From positions 2,294,001 through 2,358,000 of the forward strand of contig MU008155.1 of the NCBI GenBank assembly GCA_010909165.1: a DNA stretch of 64,000 bases, in the 5' to 3' direction. The notes beneath the pieces were generated by a model. It did no database searches and was not told the origin of the DNA. It worked only from the letters and a program-made list of their open reading frames with translations. The stretch comes from Anthoceros angustus (taxonomy: Eukaryota > Plantae > Anthocerotophyta). Positions 9,234 to 22,182 of this stretch are shown here, piece by piece. Numbering within the stretch: the first letter of the stretch is position 1; each line of letters starts with the position of its first letter. Both the position numbers and the translations under genes were made by a program.

Positions 9234-12200
9234 ATGTCAGTAGCAGGAGGTGTTGGCGGCGGGGGAGCCGCTGGTGGTAGTGGTGCCCCTGGTGGTGGTC
9301 GTGCGGCCGAAAACCCCAATACATACTATGCCAGCCAACGCATTGAGATAAAAGAAAAAGATAGGTTCATGGGTACAGACTACGATGTCTGGGTCACCCA
9401 GATGAAGGGACATCTTGAAGATGCAGACTTGTGGACAATAGTCGACAGGTCAGTACCTTGCCCTGCCTCTGGAACTGCAACCTTTGACCAATGGAGAGGT
9501 CCGACAGGAGAGCCAGAAATCTGCTCATCGCTGGACTCGACAAAGACATGGTACATCGTACCTTCGGCGCTACATCTGCTCAAGCCATCTGGGAGAGATT
9601 CAACCAGATGTACGATGCTACTGATGTGCAACACGTTGCCGCTGCCACAAGGAATTTTCACATGCTCAAATATAGAGATGGTGAAAGTATCCACGCACAC
9701 ATTAGTACCTTCCGCACACTCAGAGCAAGACTCGCCTCCTGCAGGACAACCCTTACAGAGGCTCAGGCGGCCATAGCCCTCCTGATGACCCTACCCGCAA
9801 GCTGGCATACCTTCGTTTCAACGCAAAATGGCCTCATCAAACAATCCGTCCAGGCTAAGAAGATGAACCTAGGGGAAGTAATGACCCTCTCAGAGGTCAT
9901 TGCTGCCCTTATGGAGGAGGATTCCACAAGGGTTTCTTCCAAACACATCTCGCCTGCGCAAGCACTATTCACCCACAGGCCCGGACAAAGATAGACCAAA
10001 AATAGAAACTGGCAAAGCAGAAAGGGAGGAGAAAGCTCGTCTTCTCCAGGCTCTGCTAACCCCCATCGGAAGGGGAGCTACAACTGGTGCAGGAAATTAG
10101 GGCACTATGAGCGAGAGTACAGAAGCAAACAAGTGGGTGAACCAAGAAGGCCTGGTCCCCAAAGCGCTCACGTTGTATAGAGAGCACCGACAATCCTCAT
10201 CACTGCTCTCTCACCCGGCAACGGCAGTTGCTCCTCATGGTACTTGGATAGCGGTGCTTCCGCTCACATCTGTAAGGACCGTAGCTGCTTTTACACCTAC
10301 AAACCACTACATGAAGGAGGGCTAATATGTGTTGCGAGACAACGGGACCCGACGTGCTTGGCACGTGCAGTTACACTAACGTGCAAGACCAAGCGGCACC
10401 TTAACTCGACAAACGTGCTCACGTACCCAAAGTAGGCAAGAACCTTGTTTCAATTAGCGATCTAACGGATGACAAGCAACACGAGGTACACTTCAAGGCC
10501 CAAGTGTGAGATTTGCTTGTAAGATAAGCCCTTGCGCTTATCTGTTGTGGAACAAGGCAAAATAACGAAGCTATGGCACCTACGCTTGGGCCATCCCAGT
10601 TTGAAGCGTATGAAGGAGATGGAGGTAGGCCAACTATATGCAGAACCCCTTCCCGAGTTCAGTGACTTCCTCTTGAGGCTATCGCGGTAAAAGCAAGGAA
10701 ACACCATACCCTCGTGCTTCCACCCACCATGCCACTGAGTTACTTCAGCTAGTGCACATCGACCTTTGCGGGCCTATGTCAACACATTCGTTTGGAGGAG
10801 CATCCTACTTTATGCCTATCGTTGATGATAAGTCACGTATGATTCATACTTACTTCCTCCGCCTCAAGAGTGAGGCCTTTGATAAGTTCAGGGAATTCCA
10901 TGCGATGGCTGAACTCCAGACCAGCTGCAAGCTTAAATGTATACGTTCGGATGGAGGAGGTGAGTTTATGTCTCGTGAATTTAACTCCTATCTCTTTGAT
11001 AGAGGAATCACCCGACAAGTGATTGTCCCTTATGCTTCTGCATAAGCGGTGTTGTGGAAGCGCAACCGACATTGCAGAGATGGCTAGGGCCATGTTGTCT
11101 CACTCCAACTCTCATGCTCTTGATGTGCAACACGTTGTCGCCGCCACACAAGGAATTTTCACATGCTCAAATATAGAGATGGTGAAAGTATCCACGCACA
11201 CATTAGTACCTTCCGCACACTCAGAGCAAGACTCGCCTCCTGCAGGACAACCCTAGAGGCTCAAAGGCCATAGCCCTCCGATGACCCTACATGGTGGCAT
11301 ACCTTCGTTTCAACGCAAAATGGCCTCATCAAACAATCCGTCCGGCTAAGAAGATGAACCTAGGGAAGTAATGACCCTCTCGAGGTCATTGCTGCCCTTA
11401 TGGAGGAGGATTCCACAAGGGTTTCTTCCAAACACATCTCGCTGCAAGCACTATTCACCCACAGGCCCGGACAAAGATAGACCAAAAATAGAAACTGGCA
11501 AAGCAGAAAGGGAGGAGAAAGCTCGTCTTCTCCAAGCTCTGCTAACCCCCATCGGAAGGGGAGCTACAACTGGTGCAGGAAATTAGGGCACTATGAGCGA
11601 GAGTACAGAAGCAAACAAGTGGGTGAACCAAGAAGGCCTGGTCCCCAAAGCGCTCACGTTGTATAGAGAGCACCGACAATCCTCATCACTGCTCTCTCAC
11701 CCGGCAACGGCAGTTGCTCCTCATGGTACTTGGATAGCGGTGCTTCCGCTCACATCTGTAAGGACCGTAGCTGCTTTTACACCTACAAACCACTACATGA
11801 AGGAGGGCTAATATGTGTTGCAGACAACAGGACCACAGACGTGCTTGGCACCGGTACAGTTACACTAACGTGCAAGACCGACGGCACCTTAACTCTGACA
11901 AACGTGCTCTACGTACCCAAAGTAGGCAAGAACCTTGTTTCAATTAGCAGTCTAACAGATGACAAGCAACACGAGGTACACTTCAAGGCCCAGAAGTGTG
12001 AGATTTGCTTGTAAGATAAGCCCCTTGCAGTTATCTGTTGTGGAACAAGGCAAAATAACGAAGCTATGGCACCTACGCTTGGGCCATCCCAGTTTGAAGC
12101 GTATGAAGGAGATGGAGGTAGGCCAACTATATGCAGAACCCCTTCCCGAGTTCAGTGACTTCCTCTTCTGCGAAGGCTATCTGCCAGGTAAAAGCAAGGA

Positions 12201-13536
12201 AACACCATACCCTCGTGCTTCCACCCACCATGCCACTGAGTTACTTCAGCTAGTGCACATCGACCTTTGCGGGCCTATGTCAACACATTCGTTTGGAGGA
12301 GCATCCTACTTTATGCCTATCGTTGATGATAAGTCACGTATGATTCATACTTACTTCCTCCGCCTCAAGAGTGAGGCCTTTGATAAGTTCAGGGAATTCC
12401 ATGCGATGGCTGAACTTCAGACCAGCTGCAAGCTTAAATGTATACGCTCGGATGGAGGAGGTGAGTTTATGTCTGGTGAATTTAACTCCTATCTCTTTGA
12501 TAGAGGAATCACCCGACAAGTGATTGTCCCTTATGCTTACGCGCAAAACGGTGTTGTGGAGAACTGCAACCGACGACTGCAGGAGATGGCTAGGGCCATG
12601 TTGTCTCACTCCAACCTGTCTCATGGCTACTGGGCTGAGGTAGTCTCTACTGCCACACACTTGGTGAATCGCCTGCCCACATCTGCACTACCAGACAAGA
12701 CACCTTTTGAGCTTTGGAGTGGCACCAAGCCCTCCTTGTCCCACCTTCATGTGTTTGGATCAGATACCTACTCTTGGATCCCCAAGAAGAAGCGTCATAT
12801 TTGCTTATAATCCCAAGACCAATAAATTTGATCCCCGAGCACAGAAGCTCCTATTTGTTGGATATATGCATGGAGTGAAAGGCTACAAGCTCACTCACCC
12901 ACACTCACATCAGATTACAATTTCCCGGAGTGTTTATGTACGTGAACACTTGGACCATCCTTCCAGTGTCCCAAGAGGCAGCGGGAGTATCATAGGCTCC
13001 TATCCTGACCTTTATTCCCCTGATTGCAATGTGGAGGAGGAAATTGAGATTGAGAATCCTGAGCCCCTGCCGGTGCACCAAGCTGCTCAACCCCTTCCGG
13101 TAGTGCAGCCCCTAGTTGCTCAACCCCTGCCAGCAGTGCAGCCTCTTGTGCACCAACCTCCTGCTCAAGCTGGTCCATTGCTTCCTCAGGTCGTCCATGC
13201 AGTAGGAGACCAGGATGCCCAAGCTCCAAATCTAGCTGCACCCATCATTCCGGAGCGACACCAATCTACAAGAGTTTGTCGACGCTTTGCTTATCTCGAC
13301 GCTTACCATGTCCCAGGACCTGCTTCACAGCAGCCCGCTAATGCAGATGTTGCTCCTGACGCTCCTGAAATTGAAAACCCGCTTGCAGAGACATGGATGC
13401 CCCGGACAACCTCATGGCAAGAGCGATGTTGGCTACAACCCATGTGCTTGAGCCAGCAAGCTTAGAAGAAGCACTCGGATCACCTAAGAAGGAAGGATAG
13501 ATGAAGGCAATTCAACAGGAATACGATTCTCTCATT
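9234..13536 (+). pseudogene. Copia gag-protease-integrase and start of RT; frameshifted, with gag-to-integrase duplicated (9621-11120 / 11121-12630)
   Basis: Gag DYDVWVTQMKGHLEDADLW; degenerate zinc knuckle (NWCRKLGHYERE); protease WYLDSGASAHIC; LWHLRLGHP; integrase LVHIDLCGPM, IRSDGGGEF, QNGVVE; RT start KAIQQEYDSLI. Confidence 0.92.
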
Positions 13537-14814
13537 ACTAGTGTTTCTCAGCATAGGGGTTTGTCTCCGAACCCCATTTTGGCCCCAACCATCCAGAAAT
13601 GCACATGTCTCATTTCACTGTTTTCAATGATTTGCGAACTTACAGCCCATGCATCCGAGCCCAAAAGAAGACCTAATGTGCCCACCGTCCGCACAAATGC
13701 CGGACATATATTTGTACCAAGTGGCCGGATGACTAGCGCACTTATGCTCCAAAGAACTGGAGTGCGCCGGACGTCCGGCACACTTATACCCCAAAGAGGT
13801 GCAATACACCGGGTTTGGAGAGGGTTGCGTCAATACTTGTGTAGGCAAACACTTTCGTTCAAGTTGCCTGTGCACACTGACCACCGCACCAACACTCACA
13901 TCAATTCTCTTTTTAAACCCCGTGATTCAGAGCAATCCCAGATGGCAGGCATACCCTGTCTGACCTGGCCCCTCCATGTCGGAGATAAGCCGCACTTAGA
14001 TCTGCAGCATTAGGCCCCGCGGGCGAGAAGTGGATACGGTAAAGGATGGTGAAGCCTCCTCAACCCTTCTTGATAAAACTCTTCAGAGCTTACATTTCTT
14101 CTTGTCAAGTCCGTACCGCTTTCAACCTTAATCTACCTATGGGTGGCACATGGAGCACGTCAGATCTTAAATTCAAAATCTCCTGGCTATAGTTTGTCTC
14201 TGAACACTTAGTTGCGCCATAGCTATAGTGGGCGTCACAGTGGGTATAGACAGGTCCTCCTTCAGGGCCTCACTGAAATACTCAGCCATTTGGTCAAAAT
14301 CCCCAACAAGGGCGATCAACCCTCTTTCTTCAGATACTCGCTGGCTCTCACTAGGGCTCGCAGTGGCCAGGCAGATGCTCTCTTATACTTATGTTCGACT
14401 GCATTCGACAGGCTTTCATTACTCAAGGACAAATCATCTATTCTATTTATTTTCTTGCTTCTCTACAAAACATTGTAAAACATTGTTGTCTTTAAAAGGT
14501 TGGCCATTAGAAACCACCATCATACATGTCGAATTTTGGAAAATGTAGCTCATCTAGAAACCAAGGCCCATGCATCTATACGTGCATCAAACTCGAATGA
14601 GCTGGACATTTGGCGCACCAATCAAAAAGATCCAGTTACAAGCCATCGGTAGGGGCACATAGAGTAAGGCCAAAAAGGTTTTACATGTTGTATACAAAGC
14701 GAATGTGGGAACATAACATCAACCAACAAATGATTTTCAAAAATAATATTCATTATTTTACGCCTAGATACCGGGATGATTTACAAATTTTTCAAACCAC
14801 TAAAAATCAACACT

Positions 14815-15059
14815 CCATCTTGGTATTGATCTGCCTCTAGATTGCTTAACCGTGGAGTTGTTACACATCTTGGTATTGATCTGCCTCTAGATTGCTTAAC
14901 CGTGGAGTTGTTACAAGGTTTTCAAAGCGCCAAAAAAAGCAAACCATCCTAGTACTAATCCGACCCAAGAGTGCTTAACCCTGGAGTTCTCAAAGCACTA
15001 AAAACAAGCACCCCATTCTAGTACTGATCCAACCCAGGGGTGCTTAATCTTGGAGTTCT
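14815..15059 (-). ncRNA. Four tandem 5S rRNA-derived fragments (box A / intermediate element / start of box C) inside the transposon left arm
   Basis: Reverse complement of 14944-14990 AGAACTCCAGGGTTAAGCACTCTTGGGTCGGATTAGTACTAGGATGG aligns ungapped at 37/47 with plant 5S as recalled (AGAACTCCGCAGTTAAGCGTGCTTGGGCGAGAGTAGTACTAGGATGG); related copies at ~14815, ~14866 and 15013. Confidence 0.7.
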
Positions 15060-15694
15060 TATGCCGTCATGTCTATCCACACTTTTCCCAAGACACTTTT
15101 CCCAAATAGATATTCATAGATAGATACAAATGATATATGAACATTTGCGCCGGACGTTCGGCGCATCCACTCCACCATTTCCATCGCGCTGGACGCCCGT
15201 AAGATTGGGGTCTCCAGAAAAGGCGCCGAACGTCCGGCGCAGGCTTTAGCATACTTGCGCCAATGTGCCGAACGTCCGGCGCATTGCTCCAATTCCTTCC
15301 TATGTTTTCCACTCTAACAATGGAGATCCTAGGGTTGTGTACTCACAGTGCACCAGATCTCCAGCGCTACTTTCTAGAGTCGTAGTTTGTTCCTCTCAAG
15401 ATGGCCATGATCAGGCTGTCAGTTAATGTTCTCTCACAATTGCGCCGGACGTCCGGCGCAATTACTTCTTTTCGGCTTGCGAATTGCTTCTTTTGCGTGT
15501 TGGTTGTACCGGACGTCCGGCGTAGTTTGGCTTGTTGGACTAGTTTGGTTTTGCTAAAGATGATGCATTTTGGGGTGTATGCACGCTTTGGTGGTCAAAA
15601 ACGTGGTAGTGGCTAAGTTGTCAAGCGGCCACCAGGCAGTGGCATGCCATCACCACGAAAGTCAACGGAGGTTGACGTTTCGAATTAGGTTTAG

Positions 15695-18600
15695 GTGATG
15701 GGGTTTGTTGGTTGCAGTGTTGAGCGCAAGTTTTTCCCGCCCTGGATCACAGGGCTGTTGGAGGTGTGCATGGACAGCAAATGTGCTAGCGGAGAGGAAG
15801 GTGTATACAAGGACTTCAGGCGAGCAAGGAGCAGCATGCGGTCACCGGCCAGCCAGCGCCGATATTGGGCAGCCAACAAACGTAGGCAGCGTGAGAGGCA
15901 AGCTGCTGTAAGGGATGAGGCACAGCGAAGAACCAGCCTCCAGGTTGTTGGAGAAGAGGGGAATGAGGAAGTGCCAACACCTCCTTCAACTTCCACAGCG
16001 AGAGTACGTGTGTGGCGCGCAATGCAACGGGTCAGTAACTACCTTGGGAAGTGAGGAGTGCAGTCTGAAGGAAGCGACAAGTGGCCAAGGCATTGGCGTA
16101 AGAGTTTTGAAGATGATGACAAGTTTTCGTGTCCATGTCGACGCGAGATTTTGGAGTGGTTTCATCGTGCTCCTCTCCTTCAGGATTTTCGGACTCCTCC
16201 CCCTCAGGCCAAAGATGCACAGTTGTTTGCTGTTGTAATGCAGAACCTGAGGACGGCTTGCGGGAATCTAAGAGATGTACAAGTGGGCGATCACTTGCGA
16301 GCACGGAATACATTGTGGAACCTCATATTGTCGAACGACATTGACCGGTTTAACTTGGTTCCAACACTGGCAAAGCACATTGGTGTCAGCCGAAAGCAGA
16401 TTAGGCGGGCGTTGGATGGTCGTGGAGAGGCAGAGCGTTCGCAGCAAACACTTTGGTGTGGGAGTGGAAGGAGAACAAGGTGCGACGTTGTCTCCGTAAC
16501 TGTGAAGGCCACCATAGTGCAATTTTGGGAGGTGGCATCTCGGCCTTCTTCAAACACCAAGGACACAAAGCGGATGCGTACTGGTCCCAACTCATATGTC
16601 AAGCATATAATCCACTTCCTCGACACCTCTCAGGTGATGCACTCGGTGGTCTTCAATTTAGTTTGACGGGCCTGACATGTGGTGGTTCATGTTCTTCCTA
16701 GTGCGTCTTCTAAGAACCTTGTTTGGTTCGAAAGGGCATGCTGGTGCAAGTGGTCTTTGTAGGAGCACGTCTGATGGGAGCGGTCCCGTGTTCATGCCAT
16801 GCTGGTTCTTATGCCAAATGTCCGCTCGTTTAGAATCGCTTAGGCATCCTCCAGATTGCATTCAACCGCCATTTGTGTGGTGCGTGCTCTGGATGTTCTT
16901 GCGGATTGGTTCGTGCTCTCTCGCAAGGCGCGAGTGGTTCTGAGGGAGGGTGCACCTTCTTGACTTAAGGCTTCGGTATGGACCTACAATGGCGATTTAA
17001 TTGCATCGTGTGTGTTGTGATTTTTTCCACGTTGCTTGGGATGTGGGTTCCTTCTTTGTGCAAGTCCGTGCACTTCAACCGCGCTTTTCCTTCCTTTTAG
17101 TCCATTGTGCTACGTGGGTTGTTGGAGATGGTCCGACCGGTGGGTTTTGCCTCCATGAGGTGATGCTATAGGTTGGAGGCGGATATTAGGGAATCCGTGG
17201 TTGCAATGGTGGTGGAGAACCGGGCGGTGGTACGTCGGTTTGGGATGTGTTGGCGGGTTTGGGATGTGGGCATGTGGTAGCCGTGCTAGAGCATGGTGAT
17301 GTTGTCTGCGGGTGGCGGATGCGGTGGACGAGCCGTGGATGCGGTGGTCGGGCTCCGGATGTGGTGGTCGGGCTACGAATCTGGTGGTCGAGCCCGGATA
17401 TGGTTGAGGGCTCCGGATGTTGTGGTCAACCTCCGGATGCGTGTTCGGGCTCTGGATGTGGTGGTCGGGCTCCGGATGCTGTGGTCGCGCATTCGGATGT
17501 GGTGGCGGGGCTCGGATGTGGTGGTGGAGCTCGGAGGTGGTGGGAGGTGGCATCTCGGCCTTCTTCAAACACCAAGGACACAAAGCGGATGCGCATCGGT
17601 CCCAACTCATATGTCAAGCATATAATCCACTTCTCGACACCTCTCGTGATGCACTGGTGGTCTTCAATTTAGTTTGATGGGCACGACATGTGGTGGTTCA
17701 TGTTCTTCCTAGTGCGTCTTCTAAGAACCTTGTTTGGTTCGAAAGGGCATCTTGGTGCAAGTGGTCTTTGTAGGAGCACGCCCGATGGGAGCGGTCCGTG
17801 TTCATGCCATGCTGGTTCTTATGTCAAATGTCCGCCGCTTAGAAGCGCTTAGGCATCCTCCATATTGCATTCAACCGCCATTTGTGTGGTGCGTGCTCTG
17901 GATGTTCTTGCGGATTGGTTCGTGCTCTGTTCTCGAAGGCGCGAGTGGTTACCGGAGGGAGGTGCACCTTCTTCGAAGCTTAAGGCTTCTGGATATGGAC
18001 CTACAATGGCAGATTTAATTCGCATCGTGTGTGTTGTGATTTTTTTCCACGTTGCTTGGGATGTGGGTTCCTTCTTTGTGCAAGTCTGTGGCACTTCAAC
18101 CGCGGCTTTTCCTTGCTTTTCTGTCCATTGTGCTACATAGTGGTTGGAGATGGTCTGACCAGGTGGGTTTTTGCCTCCATGAGGTGATCCTATAGGTTGG
18201 AGGCAGATATTAGGGAATCCGTGGTTGCAATGGCCGGTGGAGAACCGGGCGGTGGTACGTCGGTTTGGGATGTGGTGGCGGATGCGTGTTCGGGCTCGGA
18301 TGTGGGCATGTGGTAGCCGTGCTAGAGCCGTGGTGATGTTGTCTGCGGGTGGCGGATGCGTGGACGAGCCGTGGATGCGGTGGTCGGGCTCCGGTGGTGG
18401 TCGGGCTACGAACTGTGGTCGAGCCCGGATATGGTTGAGGGCTCCGGATGTTGTGGTCAACCTCCGGATGCGTGTTCGGCTCTGGATGTGGTGGTCGGGC
18501 CCGGATGTGGTGGCGAGCTCGGATGTGGTGGCCGGGCCCGGATGTGGTGGTGGAGCTCGGCGAGGTGTAACGATTCAAAGTGGTGGGAGAGCTGTGGTGG

Positions 18601-21600
18601 TGGCTCCGGAGGTGGTGGCGGTGGCTCCGGAGGTGGTGGTGGCTCCGGAGGTGGTGGCAGGCTCGGAGGTGGTGGCGTGGCCCGGATGTGGTGGTGGCAC
18701 CGGAGGTGGTGGTGGCTCGGATGTGTGGCGGTGGCTCCGGAGGTGGTGGTGGGCCTCGCTGGCCGATGCAAGTTGTGGTGATGTAGTGACGCGGTGAGCA
18801 ATGTAGCCACCGTGATAGTGTCGTCCCGGTCATGAGGACATCGAGGTGGTGCAGTGTTATGGCGTGGTTTGTGGTGTTATGGTAGGCGGTGGCTTGGTGT
18901 CCACGGAGGCGCTTGTATGCTATGAGTGTGGAAATGTGTGCGGACATGGTGGCACATTCTCGCTTACACCGTGTTATTGCTCAAAGCCGAGCTAGTAATT
19001 TGTGTGATGGCGTGTCTCAATCGATGGCCTATCACAGGTGTTGCGACGGAGTTCTACTTGCGGTTTTGCGGAGCACCAGATTCAAGTTGGGCGTACTTTT
19101 GAAAATCAAACCGTATTTCGTCAAAAGCTTGCAAGAACGCATAGCGTCTGCTGCCGGTACCATGTAGAAATGGCCTTCCTCAAGGGCGCTTTTAATGCTT
19201 TGCGTGGTGGGCTTTCAAGAGTGCATCCTCGTGGACAATGCCATTCGTGACATCATGTTCCTCACTCGGTAGAAGAGTCTCCTCTTCATTGCAATGCACC
19301 AAGACTGTTGTAAGGTTGCTTGTCAAACCTTGTGCGAGAAAGAGTGTGATCTTGCATGGCACAAGCTTGCATGTCTTGAGGCGGTGCCCCGTTGTGGCGT
19401 GAGGAAGGTGCGTTTACATCGGTGATGCACTCGGTGGTCGGGCCCGGATGTGGTGGCGGTGGTGGCTCCGGATGTGGTGGTCGGGCTCCGGTGGTGGTCG
19501 AGCTCCGGATATGGTTGGAGGGCTCCGGATGTTGTGGTCAACCTCCGGATGCGTGTTCGGGCTCTGGATGTGGTGGTCGGGCTCCGGATGCTGTGGTCGC
19601 GCATTCAGATGTGGTGGCCGGGCTCCGGATGTGGTGGTGGAGCTCTGGCTGAGGTGTAACGCATTCGAAAGTGGTGGGAGAGCTCTGGCTGTGGTGGCAG
19701 GGCTCCGGAGGTGGTGGCAGGGATCCGGAGGTGGTGGCAGGGCTCCGGAGGTGTTGGCAGGGCTCGGAGGTGGTGGCAGGGCTCCGGATGTGTTGGCAGG
19801 GCTCGGAGGTGGTGGCAGGGCTCCGGATGTGTTGGCAGGGCTCCGGAGGTGGTGGCTGGGCCCCTGCTTTTGTGGCCGATGCAAGTTGTGGTGATGTAGT
19901 GACGCGGTGAGCAATGTAGCCACCGTGATAGTGTCGTCCCCTGGTCATGAGGACATCGAGGTGGTCTGGTGTTATGGCGTGGTATGTGGTGTTATGGTAG
20001 GCAGGTGGCTTGGTGTCCACGGAGACGCTTGTATGCTATGAGTGTGGAAATGTGTGTGCAGACCGCGGGTGGCACATTCCTCGCTTGCACACGCTGTGTT
20101 ATTGCTCAAAGCCAGTATCTAGTAATTTGTGTGATGGCGTATCTCAATCCTGATGGCCTATCCTGGGTGTTGCAGACGGAGTTCTACTTGCGGTTTTGCG
20201 GAGCACCCAGAGATTCAAGTTGGGCAGCGTACTTTTGAAAAACTGAAACCGTATTTCGTCAAAAGCTTGCAAGAACGCAACGTCTGCTGCTGCCGGTACC
20301 ATGTAGAAATGGCCTTCCTCAAGGACGCTTTTAATGCTTTGCGTGGTGGGCTTTCAAGAGTGCATCCTCGTGGACAATGCCATTGCAGCTGTGACATCTG
20401 TGTTCCTCACTCGGTAGAAGAGTCTCCTCTTCATTGCAATGCAGCCAGTACCTGTGTTGCCTCTGTAAGGTTGCTTGCTGAAACAGCCTTGTGCGAGAAA
20501 GAGTGTGATGCTGCATGGCACAAGCTTGCATGTCTTCAGGGCAGGTGCCCCGTTGTGGCGTGAGGAAGGTGCGTTTCTGTCCTGGTGAGACATCAAAGGA
20601 GGTGCACCCCGACTCCATTTTGAAGTGGCGACGCTTTCAATATCAAGTGGTTGGTAGAGATAGTGAGGGGCAGGACAAGAAGCGCATAAAGCTAGTTTTC
20701 ATGGAGACTCATCCAGGAGTTTGTGTCATACTTCTCCGAAAAGATGAGGGAGTTCATCCTCCACGATTATGTGCTTGTTTTGCGTGGTGGCGAGCTTTGG
20801 AATTTAGGCAATGCTTAGAGTGGTTCCCATCGGATGTCGTTGTCTCAGTTATGGACTTCAGTCAAAACTATGCTTTTGGTGTTCAGAACGAAATACAGTC
20901 TATGCACTGGCAGAATGATCAAGTATCCATTTTGGTGCTGGTCTTTTACCGGCGAAATGGGCCCATTGACCCCCAAGACCCAGGCTGCAACGTTGAGAAG
21001 TATTATCATTTTTACATCAGTGATGACTTGGTTCACGATACGTTGTTCGTCCAACATTGCGTTATGAAGCATTGGCAATGGATGGCAGATTCTGGTTTTC
21101 CACAGCCACGAGAACATTGGTGTTGGTCGGATGGGGCTGCAAGCCAGTTCAAGGCATGTCGGCCTTCATATTTCATTGCAAGATACCCCAGTCTCATTGG
21201 GGGGTGTCGGATGTTGTGGTCGTATTTCGGTAGTGGCCATGGGAAGGGTGAACATGGCGCAGAGCTATTACGAAAGAGCGTTGCGGGCAGAATCATCTAG
21301 CGGCACCGAGCTTCAATCGGGCGGATGTCGTGGCCTACCTTACAAGTCATATTTCAGGGGGGGCCTCTTCTTCTTACACAAGTGGACACCATGCTGTGCA
21401 TCGGAGCTTCTGGCTCATAGAGAAAACTGAAGTAAACAGGAGGAATAAGTTTGGTTGCGACCCTATACCTGGGTCCAAAAAAATGCACAGCATCTATGGG
21501 TTTAGCTTGACAGATCCGACTAAGCTGAAAATGCGTAGCCTTGCTTGTTTTTGCGTGGAGTGCCTGGGAAGTGCGCATTCTGAATGCGAAACGGTGCCTC

Positions 21601-22182
21601 ATTCAGGGTATTGGAAAGCCTTCACTTTGAGGCCACATGGCCAAATCCCAGGGCGAATAACTCGTGCCGGGCAAGCAGGCCTCCTCCTGAACAGGCCTGA
21701 TGGTGCTCCTCTAGCCTCAGATGTGCCAGACGTAGGGACCAATGGTCCTGATGTTATCCTGGACAATGAGAGTGAAGATATCTCCGACATGGCTGACCTT
21801 CTGGAAGTAGGAGACAACTTCCTCGTTTTTGCAGACCCACGGATGAGGACAACATTTTATGTCCTCGGATGCGGAGGCAAAGCATACTCTTACGCACCCA
21901 AGATTGTGTCCTTGGAGTATGAAGAGGTTTCATGCCGGAGAGGTTGTCGTCGTTGGAATGTATTACACCATTCAAGATGCAGAAGCGCAGTTGTATGCCT
22001 TTTATTCGGACCATGCTGATTGCATCCTCAGTGCGAAATGCGTGCAGATGTGCAAATTTGAGATGACCAGAAGACGAGGTCCGGGAGGGTGTGTGTACTT
22101 TGCTTTAGAGGGTGACGCACTCCATCGGGTGACTACCTTGGTAGCAGAAAATGAATTAAGCGGGCATCTGATGGAGACATAG
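15695..22182 (+). pseudogene. Sola2-type transposase, disrupted (stop 16052-16054, frameshifts), with a large intron at 16634-20175
   Basis: FWEVASRPSSNTKD...HFLDTSQ | TEFY...FEKLKPYFVK...CCCRYH; Cys-rich LACLQGRCPRCG; catalytic region MDFSQNY...EIQSMHW...ISDDLVHD...WSDGAASQFK...YFGSGHGKGEH; C-terminal RSLACFCVEC. Confidence 0.8.
17200..19860. repeat. G-rich 20-21-bp minisatellite blocks (GCTCCGGA(T/G)GTGGTGG(T/C)CGG) in the transposase intron
   Basis: Dozens of variant copies in three blocks, interleaved with ~0.7-kb segmental duplicates of both exon borders. Confidence 0.9.

Noticed and set aside
13530-13545. CACTA/EnSpm identity of the 9-kb element (TACTAGTG looks like CACTAGTG)
   Set aside because: The TIRs align in register only with a 4-bp CATT TSD, the right end is not TAGTG, and the transposase motifs are Sola2-like
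13995-14062. Additional plus-strand 5S-like copy (GGGCGAGAAGTGGATAC...AGGATGGTGAAGCCTCCT)
   Set aside because: Needs many gaps to align; cannot be distinguished from chance by eye
17110-20020. Extensin/proline-rich protein ORFs (e.g. 18210-18947 minus, 19414-19923 minus)
   Set aside because: Translations of the G-rich minisatellite in all frames; no signal peptide or gene structure
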